NCBI GenBank assembly: GCA_023247575.1 | Contig: JAHFGE010000003.1 | Coordinates: 24,940 to 66,597, forward strand | From: Candidatus Omnitrophota bacterium | Lineage (GTDB): Bacteria > Omnitrophota > Gorgyraeia > Zapsychrales > Fredricksoniimonadaceae | Direction: 5' to 3' | DNA length: 41,658 bases | Part shown: one piece after another, positions 1 through 9,251 of the stretch | Position numbering within the stretch: position 1 is the first letter of the stretch | Layout: every line of letters starts with the position of its first letter | The notes under the pieces: generated by a model | The model's database searches: none | Told to the model about the DNA's origin: nothing | What the model saw: only the letters and a program-made list of their open reading frames with translations | Program-made: the position numbers and the translations under genes

Positions 1-387
1 TATAAACTTTTAGGTAAAGTTTATGGTTATAAAGGTAATCATCGTCGGGCTTTCGAATGTTTTCGTATCGCCACCATCTTAAGACCTTATGATACGCCAA
101 CACGTTTGAATTTGGCTTTTAGCTATGAAAATCTTAAAGATTTCAAAGGCGCCCAGGAGCAATATGGACGAGTACTTGAAATCGATCCGAAGAGTCCTAA
201 AGCCTATTTTGGTTTGGCGCGCGCTTATGCTTTAGAGGGCCAAGAACAAAAAGCTTTGCAGGTACTGCATAAAGCCCAGCTGTTGGCCCCAGAGGATAAG
301 GTTGATGTGCAAAAAATTCATGATATTATTGAAAAGAGAAAAATAGGGGCGATCAGTCATCGCCCCTACAAAAAAGGTAAAAAGTAA
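1..387 (+). CDS. TPR repeat protein, 5'-truncated by window edge
   Basis: Frame 1 is open from base 1 (YKLLGKVYGYKGNHRRAFECF...) into the listed 106..387 ORF. It contains repeated TPR-like helical units (..AFSYENLKDFKGAQEQYGRVLEIDPKSPKAYFGLARAY..). The stop TAA at 385-387 overlaps the glgC ATG. Confidence 0.7.
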   Translation, partial: YKLLGKVYGYKGNHRRAFECFRIATILRPYDTPTRLNLAFSYENLKDFKGAQEQYGRVLEIDPKSPKAYFGLARAYALEGQEQKALQVLHKAQLLAPEDKVDVQKIHDIIEKRKIGAISHRPYKKGKK

Positions 388-1592
388 TGAGGGATGTTCT
401 AACTTTTATTCTAGCCGGCGGTAAGGGTGAGCGGTTGGATCCTCTGACAAGGGATCGTGCCAAACCCGCCGTGCCCTTTGGGGGCATTTACCGGATTGTG
501 GATTTTGTCTTGTCCAATTGCGTCAACTCAGGTTTGCGACGGATTTTTTTGCTGACACAGTACAAATCGTTTTCCTTGCAACGGCATGTCCTGGAGGGCT
601 GGAACATTTGTTCCGCCCAGTTAGGGGAATTCATTGATGTGGTGCCTGCTCAGCAACGCATTTCTACGGACTGGTATCGCGGGACGGCGGATGCCATTTA
701 CCAGAATCTTAATATGATTCAAGATTATGGTCCCAAGCTGGTTTTGATTTTAGCGGGAGACCATGTTTACAAGATGGATTACCGCAAAATGATTGAATAT
801 CATATCGACAAAGGCGCTGATATGACGGTCTCTTGTATTCAAATGCCTAAATCAGAATCAGTGCTTTTTGGTGTGGTGGAAGCAGATAAAAATAATAAAG
901 TGACTGGTTTTCAGGAAAAACCGCAGACACCTAAAACCATTCCCTCTGATCCGCAGTCCATTTTCGCATCCATGGGAATTTACCTGTTTAATACGGACAC
1001 CCTTTTTAATGAATTAAAAATGGATGCTGCCAGAGCTGATTCCGACCATGATTTCGGCAAAAATATCATTCCTCAGATGATCCAAAAAAAGTTAAAAGTG
1101 TTTGCCTATGATTTTGCTTTGGAGAACACTCACTCAACGTACTGGCGCGATATCGGGACGCGGGATGCCTATTATCAAGCCAATATGGACCTGTTGGGTG
1201 CGGAGCCTGAGTTTAATTTGTATGAAAAGAGCTGGCCGCTGCGGACCTATCATCAACAATATCCCCCCATTCGTGTGATGACCAAGGACAATCATCCGGG
1301 GACAGTGGTTGATTCACTTATTTCCGGCGGTTGTGTGATCGAAGGTGGAGAGGTCAATCGTTCCGTGGTCTCTTCTAATGTTTATATTAAAGACAAAGCT
1401 AAAGTTTCTCGTTCGGTACTGATGGAAGGAGTGATGGTCGGCGAAGGAGCACAGATTCAAAATGCCATCATCGATAAAGAAGTGGTGATCCCGCCGGGCA
1501 CAAAAATCGGTTTTGATCCCCCAGAAGACCGCCAGCATTTTACTTTGACAACTTCTGGGATTGTTATTGTTGCGAAGAAGACTTCCTTATGA
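387..1592 (+). CDS. glgC: glucose-1-phosphate adenylyltransferase (ADP-glucose pyrophosphorylase)
   Basis: The N-terminus ILAGGKGERLDPLTRDRAKPAVPFGGIYRIVDFVLSNCVNSG is the classic GlgC signature. YRGTADAI, the 401 aa length and a C-terminal beta-helix-like region also fit. Confidence 0.93.
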   Translation: MRDVLTFILAGGKGERLDPLTRDRAKPAVPFGGIYRIVDFVLSNCVNSGLRRIFLLTQYKSFSLQRHVLEGWNICSAQLGEFIDVVPAQQRISTDWYRGTADAIYQNLNMIQDYGPKLVLILAGDHVYKMDYRKMIEYHIDKGADMTVSCIQMPKSESVLFGVVEADKNNKVTGFQEKPQTPKTIPSDPQSIFASMGIYLFNTDTLFNELKMDAARADSDHDFGKNIIPQMIQKKLKVFAYDFALENTHSTYWRDIGTRDAYYQANMDLLGAEPEFNLYEKSWPLRTYHQQYPPIRVMTKDNHPGTVVDSLISGGCVIEGGEVNRSVVSSNVYIKDKAKVSRSVLMEGVMVGEGAQIQNAIIDKEVVIPPGTKIGFDPPEDRQHFTLTTSGIVIVAKKTSL

Positions 1593-2782
1593 TCATCCAG
1601 CCTAAAATCCGCGGGTTCATTTGCACGACGGCCCATCCCGTCGGCTGTGCCAGGCGCGTCCAGGACGAAATTGATTATGTGAAGGCGAAAGGCCCCATTG
1701 CTGGCGGCCCCAAGAAGGTTTTGGTGATTGGCGCTTCCAACGGCTATGGCTTAGCTTCCCGTATTACGGCGGCCTTTGGCTGCAGGGCTGCCACCATCGG
1801 CGTCTTTTTTGAAAAGGAATCCGATGGCAAGCGTACGGCCACCGCCGGATGGTATAACGCTGCCGCTTTTGAGGCCGCGGCTAAAAAAGCAGGTCTGTAT
1901 TCTAAAAGTTTCAACGGCGATGCCTTCTCCGATGAGATGCGATCAAAAGTCTGTGAGGCCATTAAAAAAGACCTGGGGCAGGTCGACGGTGTTATTTACT
2001 CTTTGGCATCTCCGCGCCGGGTGGATCCCCAAACGGGTCAGCTTTATAAAAGTGTGCTTAAACCCAAAGGTGCGGCCTATACAAATAAAAGCATTGATTT
2101 TGAAACCAATCAGGTGACGACTGTTACCCTGGAAACAGCCACCCCGCAGGAGGTGGCTGAGGCTGTCAAAGTCATGGGGGGAGAAGACTGGCAGTTGTGG
2201 ATTGAGGCTTTAATGAAGGGAAATCTTTTGTCTTCCCATGCTGTGACCGTAGCCTATTCTTACATTGGCCCGGCGGTGACAACACCTGTCTATCGTCATG
2301 GCACCATCGGTGCAGCTAAAGATCATCTGGAAGCTACCGCCCATCTGCTAGATGAACGTATGAAAAAAATTGGCGGCTGGGCCCTGGTTTCGGTCAACAA
2401 GGCTTTGGTCACCCAAAGCAGTTCCGCCATTCCGTTTATTCCTTTATATTTTGTGATTTTGATGAAAGTCATGAAGGCCAAAGGTCTGCATGAAGATTGC
2501 ATTCACCAGATCTATCGGTTGTTTTCCCAGCGGCTTTACAATAACCGTCCATTTGATCAGATCCCCATGGATCAAAAGGGCCGCGTGCGCATTGATGACT
2601 GGGAAATGCGGCCTGATGTACAGGAGGAAGTGGAAAAAATCTGGTCGATGATCGGCGATGCCAATCTTCTGCAAGTCGCCGACGTCAAAGGCTATAATCA
2701 AGACTTCCTTAAATTGTTCGGCTTCGGTCTTGCCGGTGTGGACTATAGTGCTGACGTAAATCCTGAAGTGCCTATCCTATAA
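1589..2782 (+). CDS. fabV: trans-2-enoyl-CoA / enoyl-ACP reductase, FabV (TER) family
   Basis: MIIQPKIRGFICTTAHPVGC...KKVLVIGASNGYGLASRI...YSYIGP are hallmarks of the FabV/TER family. The protein is 397 aa and has an ATGA overlap with glgC. Confidence 0.88.
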   Translation: MIIQPKIRGFICTTAHPVGCARRVQDEIDYVKAKGPIAGGPKKVLVIGASNGYGLASRITAAFGCRAATIGVFFEKESDGKRTATAGWYNAAAFEAAAKKAGLYSKSFNGDAFSDEMRSKVCEAIKKDLGQVDGVIYSLASPRRVDPQTGQLYKSVLKPKGAAYTNKSIDFETNQVTTVTLETATPQEVAEAVKVMGGEDWQLWIEALMKGNLLSSHAVTVAYSYIGPAVTTPVYRHGTIGAAKDHLEATAHLLDERMKKIGGWALVSVNKALVTQSSSAIPFIPLYFVILMKVMKAKGLHEDCIHQIYRLFSQRLYNNRPFDQIPMDQKGRVRIDDWEMRPDVQEEVEKIWSMIGDANLLQVADVKGYNQDFLKLFGFGLAGVDYSADVNPEVPIL

Positions 2783-2883
2783 CCTGGAGGATAGGCTATG
2801 ACTCTCCAAATAAATTTTTCCTTCAACAATTTTCATGGTACCAGTATATCTATGCAACTGTTACGAAATTACATACAATAAAA

Positions 2884-2912
2884 GGAACTTTTTAGAAACT
2901 GATTTTGTCTAA
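2884..2912 (+). promoter_or_regulatory. candidate ECF-type promoter (GGAACTT - spacer - GTCTAA)
   Basis: GGAACTT lies at 2884-2890 and GTCTAA at 2907-2912, about 28 nt upstream of the ECF sigma ATG. This resembles autoregulated ECF promoters (GGAAC N16-18 (C)GTC). Found by eye only. Confidence 0.38.
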
Positions 2913-2939
2913 CTAACCGAGAAGACAGAAAGAGCATCG

Positions 2940-3500
2940 ATGCAAGAAATTACGGAAGATGTCATAAGGCAGGCGGCGCAAGGGAACGTAGAGGCGTTTG
3001 AGACGGTTTATAAGGCTGCTTCCAGCTTTGTCTATAACGTGGCCTACCGGGTCATAGGAAAGAGAGAGGATGCCGAGGAAGTAACCCAGGAGGTTTTTTT
3101 AACGCTTCACCACAAATTAAAGGGATTCAGGTTTGAATCTTCTTTTAAAACATGGGTGTATCGGATAACGGTGAATCAGGCGATCAATATGGCCAAAAGA
3201 GAAGCTAAAACTAGAGATAAGATGACCAGTTATGATGAACAGCTGGAAGTCCCAGCTATCTCGGGGGGTGTGCAAGAAAACATCGAGCGGGAATATCACA
3301 ATAAAATTATCGATGATTTGCTACAAGGTATTAATCCGGATCAAAGATCCTGTGTGGTTTTACGAAATATCGAAGGCTTAAGCTATGAAGAGATAGCCAA
3401 GACTTTAAAAATTAACATCAACACTGTTCGTTCGAGGTTAAAAAGGGCCAGAGAAAAACTTTTGGCTACAAGAAAGCAGATGAGTTATGGACAAGTGTAA
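2940..3500 (+). CDS. RNA polymerase sigma-70 factor, ECF subfamily
   Basis: Region 2 reads FVYNVAYRVIGKREDAEEVTQEVFL..FKTWVYRITVNQAIN. Region 4 reads QRSCVVLRNIEGLSYEEIAKTLKININTVRSRLKRAREKL. The protein is 186 aa. Confidence 0.9.
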   Translation: MQEITEDVIRQAAQGNVEAFETVYKAASSFVYNVAYRVIGKREDAEEVTQEVFLTLHHKLKGFRFESSFKTWVYRITVNQAINMAKREAKTRDKMTSYDEQLEVPAISGGVQENIEREYHNKIIDDLLQGINPDQRSCVVLRNIEGLSYEEIAKTLKININTVRSRLKRAREKLLATRKQMSYGQV

Positions 3501-3969
3501 AAAATTTAGAGATTTAATTCTGACTGATTATATCGACGCTCAGCTTGACGGAGTTTCAAAAGCGCAAGTGCAAGAGCATTTGCATCAGTGTGCGACCTGC
3601 CAGGCTTTTTTCTTGGAAGTAAAAAATAAGTTAATTGTTCCTTTTGAAAAGGCACCGCATCAACCAGTGCCGACTCACCTGTGGGGCATCATTGAAGAGA
3701 GAATTCGGCAGGGGCACTCCCGGGTCAGTGTAGTTGATTTCATCCGAGGCTGGATAGAAGGAATTACTTTCCCGCGGCTGGTACCGGCCCTGGCAAGCCT
3801 GATCATGGTCGTGTTTATTGGATCCACGGTCTTTGTAAACCAGCAAGTCAAGCAGGCCCAGGATTGGGAGGGAGGAACATATCTGGCTTATATTTTAAGT
3901 TCGACAGGAGTTTCTGTTCCTGTGAATAATCATGATTTAGGGACACCAATTGAACAATATTTTCTTTAA
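3487..3969 (+). CDS. anti-sigma factor, zf-HC2 type, single-pass membrane
   Basis: It overlaps the sigma gene by 14 nt. It carries the H-x3-C-x2-C motif (EHLHQCATCQAFF) and one TM segment (LVPALASLIMVVFIGSTVFV). Confidence 0.7.
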   Translation: MDKCKKFRDLILTDYIDAQLDGVSKAQVQEHLHQCATCQAFFLEVKNKLIVPFEKAPHQPVPTHLWGIIEERIRQGHSRVSVVDFIRGWIEGITFPRLVPALASLIMVVFIGSTVFVNQQVKQAQDWEGGTYLAYILSSTGVSVPVNNHDLGTPIEQYFL

Positions 3970-3976
3970 CGTAAAA

Positions 3977-4007
3977 TGTAGAGACGCAGCAATGCTGCGT
4001 CTCTACA
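3977..4007. repeat. perfect 14-bp-stem palindrome TGTAGAGACGCAGC-AAT-GCTGCGTCTCTACA (GTAG...CTAC family), possible terminator
   Basis: The reverse complement of the left arm equals the right arm. It lies 8 nt after the anti-sigma stop. A near-identical copy is at 28694-28722. Confidence 0.8.
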
Positions 4008-4026
4008 TTAAATAAACGGAGGACAT

Positions 4027-4545
4027 ATGAAAAGAATTCAACAATATATCTTGACGGTAGTTATCTGCAGTTTTATGGCTTTACCCCTCGTCTATGCTCA
4101 GAATGAGGGTGGTGCATCAGCGGGCCCCGCTGGAAGCGGGGTGGGACAACATGAGCATATGGGTAAAAAAATGCAGGAAATCTATGTTCAATTGAAATTA
4201 ACGGATGATCAGAAGAAACAATTGGAAGCTAATAAACAAAAACAAAGGGAGCAGATGAAGTCGGTTTTTGAGCAAATGAAGACTCAAAGAGAAGCTTTGC
4301 ACCAGGAATTAATGAAGACTGATTTGGATATGAATAAAATCAATAGTATTCAGACCCAAATTAAAACGCTTCAGTCACAGATGATTGATAATCGGCTAAA
4401 TTCCATCCTTGAAGTAAGAAAAATTTTAACACCGGAACAATTCAAGAAGTTCATTTCATCAATGGAACAGCGCAAACATAAATGGGCTGACAAACGGGGG
4501 CATAAACCGTCGAAAGACAAAAATAAAAATGAAGAGGCTGAATAG
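4027..4545 (+). CDS. periplasmic Spy/CpxP-family (LTXXQ motif) protein
   Basis: It has a signal peptide (VVICSFMALPLVYAQ), two LTXXQ motifs (LTDDQKKQL, LTPEQFKKF) and a coiled, Q/K-rich sequence. The GGAGG RBS is at 4019-4023. Confidence 0.7.
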   Translation: MKRIQQYILTVVICSFMALPLVYAQNEGGASAGPAGSGVGQHEHMGKKMQEIYVQLKLTDDQKKQLEANKQKQREQMKSVFEQMKTQREALHQELMKTDLDMNKINSIQTQIKTLQSQMIDNRLNSILEVRKILTPEQFKKFISSMEQRKHKWADKRGHKPSKDKNKNEEAE

Positions 4546-5803
4546 AATTTTATGGGCATTGGTTATTGTTTTATCGCTTTGTTCAAGGAGCCATGCGCAA
4601 GAAAAATTGACATGGATTGACTGCTTGCGCCTGGCCTCTGAATATCATCCTGATTTGATATCGGCCAAAGAGGGCATTCGTCAATCACAGGACAATAAAG
4701 TTATTACGGCCCAAAGCTTATGGCCCCAGGCCAATACCAGTTTAAGCCTGACTCAAGCCAAATCTAACTCCACTTCAGCAAAATCCAATACTACGACCTA
4801 TGCTTACGGCGTCTCAGGATCACAACTCTTATTCGATGGCTTTAAAACAATCAATAATGTTAATGCTTCCCGGGAGAACATCAAAGGCTCTCAATGGAAT
4901 TTTCAATTTGTTTCTTCTCAAGTCCGTTTTCGTCTAAGAAATGCCTTCATTGATTTACTCAAAGCCCAGGAGCTTTTAAAGCTTACCAAAGAGATTTATG
5001 ACATCCGCAAGCAGAATCTGGATTTGATTACCTTGCGTTATAATTCCGGCATGGAACATCAAGGAGCTCTGCTGACCGCCCAGGCCAACCTGGCTCAGGC
5101 GGAATTTGAAATCCATCAAGCCAATCGCGGCCTGGAAGTGGCCCAAAGGCAATTAGCCAAAGAATTGGGCATGAAACAATTTGAACCCATTGAGGTCGCT
5201 GGAGATTTCGATATCAGCAGGGATTATAAAGAGAAGCCCGATTTTGAAGGATTGGTCAATCTCAACCCGCAATTATTGAAAATTATGACCCAAATCAATG
5301 CTGCTACTTTTAGCGTGAAATCCAGCCAAGGGGATTTCTGGCCGTCGGTATCTTTGGTGGGAGGAGTTGATAAAAGCGCCAACCATTGGCCTCCTCCCGC
5401 AACAGATACCAATGTAGGATTGAAATTGACCTGGCCCCTTCTGGAAGGAGGCTCAAGGGCGGCTCAATTAGACCAGGCTAAAAGTGTAGTCCGTGACTTG
5501 CAAGCCCAGCAGCAAAGCCTTAAAGATAGTTTGGTACTTACTTTAGAGCAATCGTGGGCTGGTCTTAAAGATGCCATGGAGCAGGTGGGGGTAGAACAAA
5601 AATTTGTGCAGGCCTCCCAGGAGCGAGCTAAAATCGCCCAGCAACAATATTCGGTGGGGCTCCTTACTTATGATAACTGGACCATCATTGAAGATGGTTT
5701 AGTTACTACTAAAAAGACATTTTTAAATACTCAAGCCAATGCTTTGCTGGCAGAGACCAGCTGGATAGAGGCCCAAGGGAGGACATTAGAATATGCGAAT
5801 TAA
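4529..5803 (+). CDS. TolC-family outer membrane efflux protein
   Basis: It has a signal peptide, two repeated helical halves and a tail of the type YDNWTIIEDGLV..L.NTQANALLAE typical of the OEP/TolC family. It sits upstream of MacAB-like genes. Confidence 0.85.
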   Translation: MKRLNRILWALVIVLSLCSRSHAQEKLTWIDCLRLASEYHPDLISAKEGIRQSQDNKVITAQSLWPQANTSLSLTQAKSNSTSAKSNTTTYAYGVSGSQLLFDGFKTINNVNASRENIKGSQWNFQFVSSQVRFRLRNAFIDLLKAQELLKLTKEIYDIRKQNLDLITLRYNSGMEHQGALLTAQANLAQAEFEIHQANRGLEVAQRQLAKELGMKQFEPIEVAGDFDISRDYKEKPDFEGLVNLNPQLLKIMTQINAATFSVKSSQGDFWPSVSLVGGVDKSANHWPPPATDTNVGLKLTWPLLEGGSRAAQLDQAKSVVRDLQAQQQSLKDSLVLTLEQSWAGLKDAMEQVGVEQKFVQASQERAKIAQQQYSVGLLTYDNWTIIEDGLVTTKKTFLNTQANALLAETSWIEAQGRTLEYAN

Positions 5804-6779
5804 AAAATCTCTGGTCATTATTATCATCGTCGTCATTGGATCGGTTGGTTGGATGTTGTTAAAGAAAAAAACATCTTCCCAGGAGAGCGTCAAAATCGTT
5901 AATTCTCATTATGGAGATATACAAACCGTCATTACGACCACAGCTACTGTTCTTCCCGAAAATAGGCTGGAGGTCAAACCACCCGTCAATGGGCGTGTTG
6001 ATAAAGTCTTGGTCCAGGAAGGTGGTATGGTTAAGGCCGGTCAGGTGTTAGCCTGGATGAGTTCCACAGATCGTGCCGCTCTTTTAGATTCGGCTCGGGG
6101 GCAGGGAGAACAGGAATATAAATACTGGCAAGATGTTTATAAGCCCATTGCACTGGTGGCGCCTATCAATGGGCAGGTCATCGTAGGTACGACTCAACCA
6201 GGTCAGACAATGACGACCAGCGATGCCGTCATTGTGCTTTCTGACCATTTGATTGTTCGTGCTCAAGTGGATGAGACAGACATAGGCAAAATTAAACTTC
6301 AACAGGCGGCTTCTGTTTCGCTGGATGCTTATCCTGATACTAAAATCAAAGTTGTCGTCGACCATATTTATTACGAATCTAAGACCGTTAATAACGTGAC
6401 TATTTATGATGTGGATTTGTTACCGCAAGAAGTGCCATCATTTTTTCGTTCAGGAATGAATGCCAATGTAGATTTTATCGTGCAGAGCAAATCTCATGTT
6501 TTGCTTTTGCCCGTGGCCGCTGTCCATAAAAAGGGAGATCAAAATTTTGTCCTGCTGGCAGGCTCCAATCCCAATAAACCTGTTATGCAGGACATAGAGA
6601 CAGGTATCAGTGATGACAAAAATATAGAAATCGTCAGTGGCTTAAAAGAAGACGATGAAGTGGTTATTAAAACTCAAAAATATAGTTTAAATAAATCAAG
6701 TACGGGTTCTAATCCTTTTATGCCATCGAGAAGCGGTGCCAGTAAGCCACCAGCGGGTTCAGCCAAAGGCGGTGGATAG
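5793..6779 (+). CDS. efflux transporter periplasmic adaptor subunit (HlyD/MacA-like)
   Basis: It has an N-terminal TM segment and lipoyl/beta-barrel motifs (VKPPVNGRVDKVLVQEGGMVKAGQVLA, ..VDETDIGKIKLQQAASVSLDAYPD..). It overlaps tolC by 11 nt. Confidence 0.85.
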   Translation: MRIKKSLVIIIIVVIGSVGWMLLKKKTSSQESVKIVNSHYGDIQTVITTTATVLPENRLEVKPPVNGRVDKVLVQEGGMVKAGQVLAWMSSTDRAALLDSARGQGEQEYKYWQDVYKPIALVAPINGQVIVGTTQPGQTMTTSDAVIVLSDHLIVRAQVDETDIGKIKLQQAASVSLDAYPDTKIKVVVDHIYYESKTVNNVTIYDVDLLPQEVPSFFRSGMNANVDFIVQSKSHVLLLPVAAVHKKGDQNFVLLAGSNPNKPVMQDIETGISDDKNIEIVSGLKEDDEVVIKTQKYSLNKSSTGSNPFMPSRSGASKPPAGSAKGGG

Positions 6780-6786
6780 TACATCT

Positions 6787-8754
6787 ATGATTGAATTAAA
6801 GAACATAAGTAAAACTTATTATATCGGGACCCTGGAAGTGCCGGCGGTACGCGATGTGTCGTTGACCATGAATACCGGAGAATTTGTGGCTATTATGGGG
6901 GCTTCGGGTTCAGGTAAATCCACACTCATGCATATGTTGGGGCTTTTGGATAGGCCTGATTCCGGAAGTTATACATTAGCCGGTTACGATGTCACTAAAC
7001 TTACCGACGAGCAGATGGCCTTGGTACGCAATCGCTTCATTGGTTTTGTCTTTCAACAATTTCACCTTTTACCGCGCATGACGGCTTTAGAAAACGCAGC
7101 CTTACCTTTAGTGTATGCGGGCATTCATAGTTTAGATCAATCCAAGGAAAAATTACACGCCGTAGGCCTGGGGGACAGAATTGGGCATAAACCTAATGAA
7201 CTTTCCGGCGGCCAACAGCAAAGAGTGGCTATTGCCCGTGCTTTGGTTAATGACCCCGTGCTTTTGATGGCGGATGAACCGACAGGTAATCTGGACAGTA
7301 AAAGCAAAGAAGAGATCGTGACGATCTTGAAGAAACTTAATGACGAAGGTAAAACCGTGGTCATGGTGACTCATGAAAAAGACATGGCCTCTCATGCCAA
7401 ACGCATCATTCAAATGCGAGATGGCGTAATTATTTCAGATGAATATAATTCCACCGTACGGGGACAGTTGAATTCAACTGTCCCCATTAATGATTGGAGT
7501 TTTATAAATAAAACTATTTCTTCTTGGCAGGATATGGGTAAATGGCTGGATTCTCTTAAGCAGGCTATCAACGCTATGCTTTCCCATAAACTACGTTCTT
7601 TACTTTCTATTTTGGGAATTTTGATCGGAGTCGCAGCCGTTATCGCTATGTTGGCTTTGGGACAAGGAGCACAAGATTCTATCCAGGCGCAATTAGCTTC
7701 CTTAGGATCTAATCTGTTGATGGTGCGTCCTGGAAACATACGTACAGGCGGCGTTTCTTTAGGGGCTGGGACAGTCACTCGTATGACTTTTGCAGATGTG
7801 GCGGCTGTTCGTCAAATATCCGGGGTCCGAAGAGTCAGCGGCGCGGTTTCCGGAAGGGTGCAAGTCGTTGCTGGAAGTAAAAATTGGAATACAGAAGTAG
7901 ATGGCGTAGATGTGGATTATGGACTTATGCGCGCCTCGATGCCTGACATCGGACGGTTTTTTAACGCACAGGAAGTCACAGGTTGCGCTAAGGTCGCACT
8001 TTTAGGGCCAACGGTGGCCCAACAGCTCTTTGGAGATAAGAATCCTGTCGGAGAAGAAATTAAAATTAATTTAGTCAATTTTAAAGTTATTGGTATTCTG
8101 CCCCCTAAAGGTGCTAGCGGCGGCTGGCGTGACCAGGATGATGTGATCGTTGCTCCCATTACAACGACCATGTATCGTCTTTTAGGCAAACAGTATATTG
8201 ATTCGCTTTATGTAGAAGGGGCTTCTACGGATGTACTCGATAACATTCAAAATAATATTGTAGAATTGTTAGCTAAACGGCATCGTATCAATAGTAAAGA
8301 GGCCAATGATGCTTTTCAGGTACGCAATATGTCAGACATTAAGGCTACTTTAGAATCAACCACCAAAACCATGTCTATGCTTTTGGGCTCTATTGCGGCC
8401 ATATCGCTTTTGGTCGGCGGTATTGGCATCATGAATATTATGCTGGTTTCTGTGACCGAGAGAACTAGAGAAATCGGCCTGCGCAAAGCGATCGGGGCCA
8501 ATCGTCAGGATATTATGCTTCAGTTTTTGATTGAAGCGGTCATGCTATCGCTGATTGGCGGCCTGGCAGGTGTTGTTTTAGGTTCAGGAGTTTCTTTTTT
8601 GCTGACTCTTTTTGCAGGCTGGGCAGTGAAAGTTTCTTTATTTTCTATCATTTTATCGACGGTATTTTCATTGGCTGTGGGATTAATTTTTGGATTATGG
8701 CCTGCCTATCAAGCTTCTTTGCTTAATCCCATCGAAGCTTTGCGGTACGAATAA
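6787..8754 (+). CDS. macB: MacB-type ABC transporter, fused ATP-binding and permease (FtsX) domains
   Basis: [11 protein letters not shown], Walker [10 protein letters not shown], signature [15 protein letters not shown] and Walker [13 protein letters not shown] are followed by the MacB periplasmic domain and FtsX TM segments. I place the start at the ATG at 6787, downstream of the macA stop, rather than at the ORF-track start 6736. Confidence 0.9.
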   Translation: MIELKNISKTYYIGTLEVPAVRDVSLTMNTGEFVAIMGASGSGKSTLMHMLGLLDRPDSGSYTLAGYDVTKLTDEQMALVRNRFIGFVFQQFHLLPRMTALENAALPLVYAGIHSLDQSKEKLHAVGLGDRIGHKPNELSGGQQQRVAIARALVNDPVLLMADEPTGNLDSKSKEEIVTILKKLNDEGKTVVMVTHEKDMASHAKRIIQMRDGVIISDEYNSTVRGQLNSTVPINDWSFINKTISSWQDMGKWLDSLKQAINAMLSHKLRSLLSILGILIGVAAVIAMLALGQGAQDSIQAQLASLGSNLLMVRPGNIRTGGVSLGAGTVTRMTFADVAAVRQISGVRRVSGAVSGRVQVVAGSKNWNTEVDGVDVDYGLMRASMPDIGRFFNAQEVTGCAKVALLGPTVAQQLFGDKNPVGEEIKINLVNFKVIGILPPKGASGGWRDQDDVIVAPITTTMYRLLGKQYIDSLYVEGASTDVLDNIQNNIVELLAKRHRINSKEANDAFQVRNMSDIKATLESTTKTMSMLLGSIAAISLLVGGIGIMNIMLVSVTERTREIGLRKAIGANRQDIMLQFLIEAVMLSLIGGLAGVVLGSGVSFLLTLFAGWAVKVSLFSIILSTVFSLAVGLIFGLWPAYQASLLNPIEALRYE

Positions 8755-8835
8755 TCTTTTAAGGATGGTCCTCATTTAACTCTTGCCTTAGGCTGTTTTA
8801 CTCATACAATTGATTAAATAGAATCGGAGGATGAT

Positions 8836-9246
8836 ATGGTCAAAATGAATGTAGTTTATGAAGGGAATTTAAGGTGCCGTATGACGCATGAGCCATCGGG
8901 TTCTGTCATTTTAACAGATGCGCCTAAGGACAATATGGGTAAAGGCGAGGCCTTCTCTCCGACGGATTTAACGGCCGCCGCTTTGGCCTCTTGCATGATG
9001 ACCGTCATGGGGATCGTGGCCAATCGCCACCATATTGACCTTAAAGGCACCCGGCTGGACACAACCAAAGAAATGGTAACGGCTCCTGTACGTAGGATCG
9101 GCGTTATCCGTGTGGATTTTCACATGCCCAAGGGAATTTCCGTCGATAAACGCGGCTTATTGGAGAATGCTGCACACACTTGTCCGGTGCATAAAAGTCT
9201 GCATCCGGATGTACAGATACCTGTTCAATTTCATTATCCTGATTAG
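8836..9246 (+). CDS. OsmC family peroxiredoxin-like protein
   Basis: FSPTDLTAAALASCMMTVMG and AAHTCPVHKSL carry the two conserved Cys of OsmC/Ohr. The GGAGG RBS is at 8826-8830. Confidence 0.85.
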   Translation: MVKMNVVYEGNLRCRMTHEPSGSVILTDAPKDNMGKGEAFSPTDLTAAALASCMMTVMGIVANRHHIDLKGTRLDTTKEMVTAPVRRIGVIRVDFHMPKGISVDKRGLLENAAHTCPVHKSLHPDVQIPVQFHYPD

Positions 9247-9251
9247 GTTTT

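Noticed and set aside
2771-2795. Hairpin CCTATCC-N11-GGATAGG spanning the fabV stop, as a possible terminator.
   Set aside because: The stem is only 7 bp, the loop is large and no adjacent T-tract is present. The evidence is too weak to call.
2797-2880. Small ORF MTLQINFSFNNFHGTSISMQLLRNYIQ in the fabV/sigma intergenic region.
   Set aside because: It has no RBS and no recognisable features, and it lies in a probable promoter region.
6736-6786. Upstream extension of macB (MPVSHQRVQPKAVDSTS).
   Set aside because: It overlaps the macA 3' end. ABC ATPase domains begin at [11 protein letters not shown], which corresponds to the ATG at 6787.
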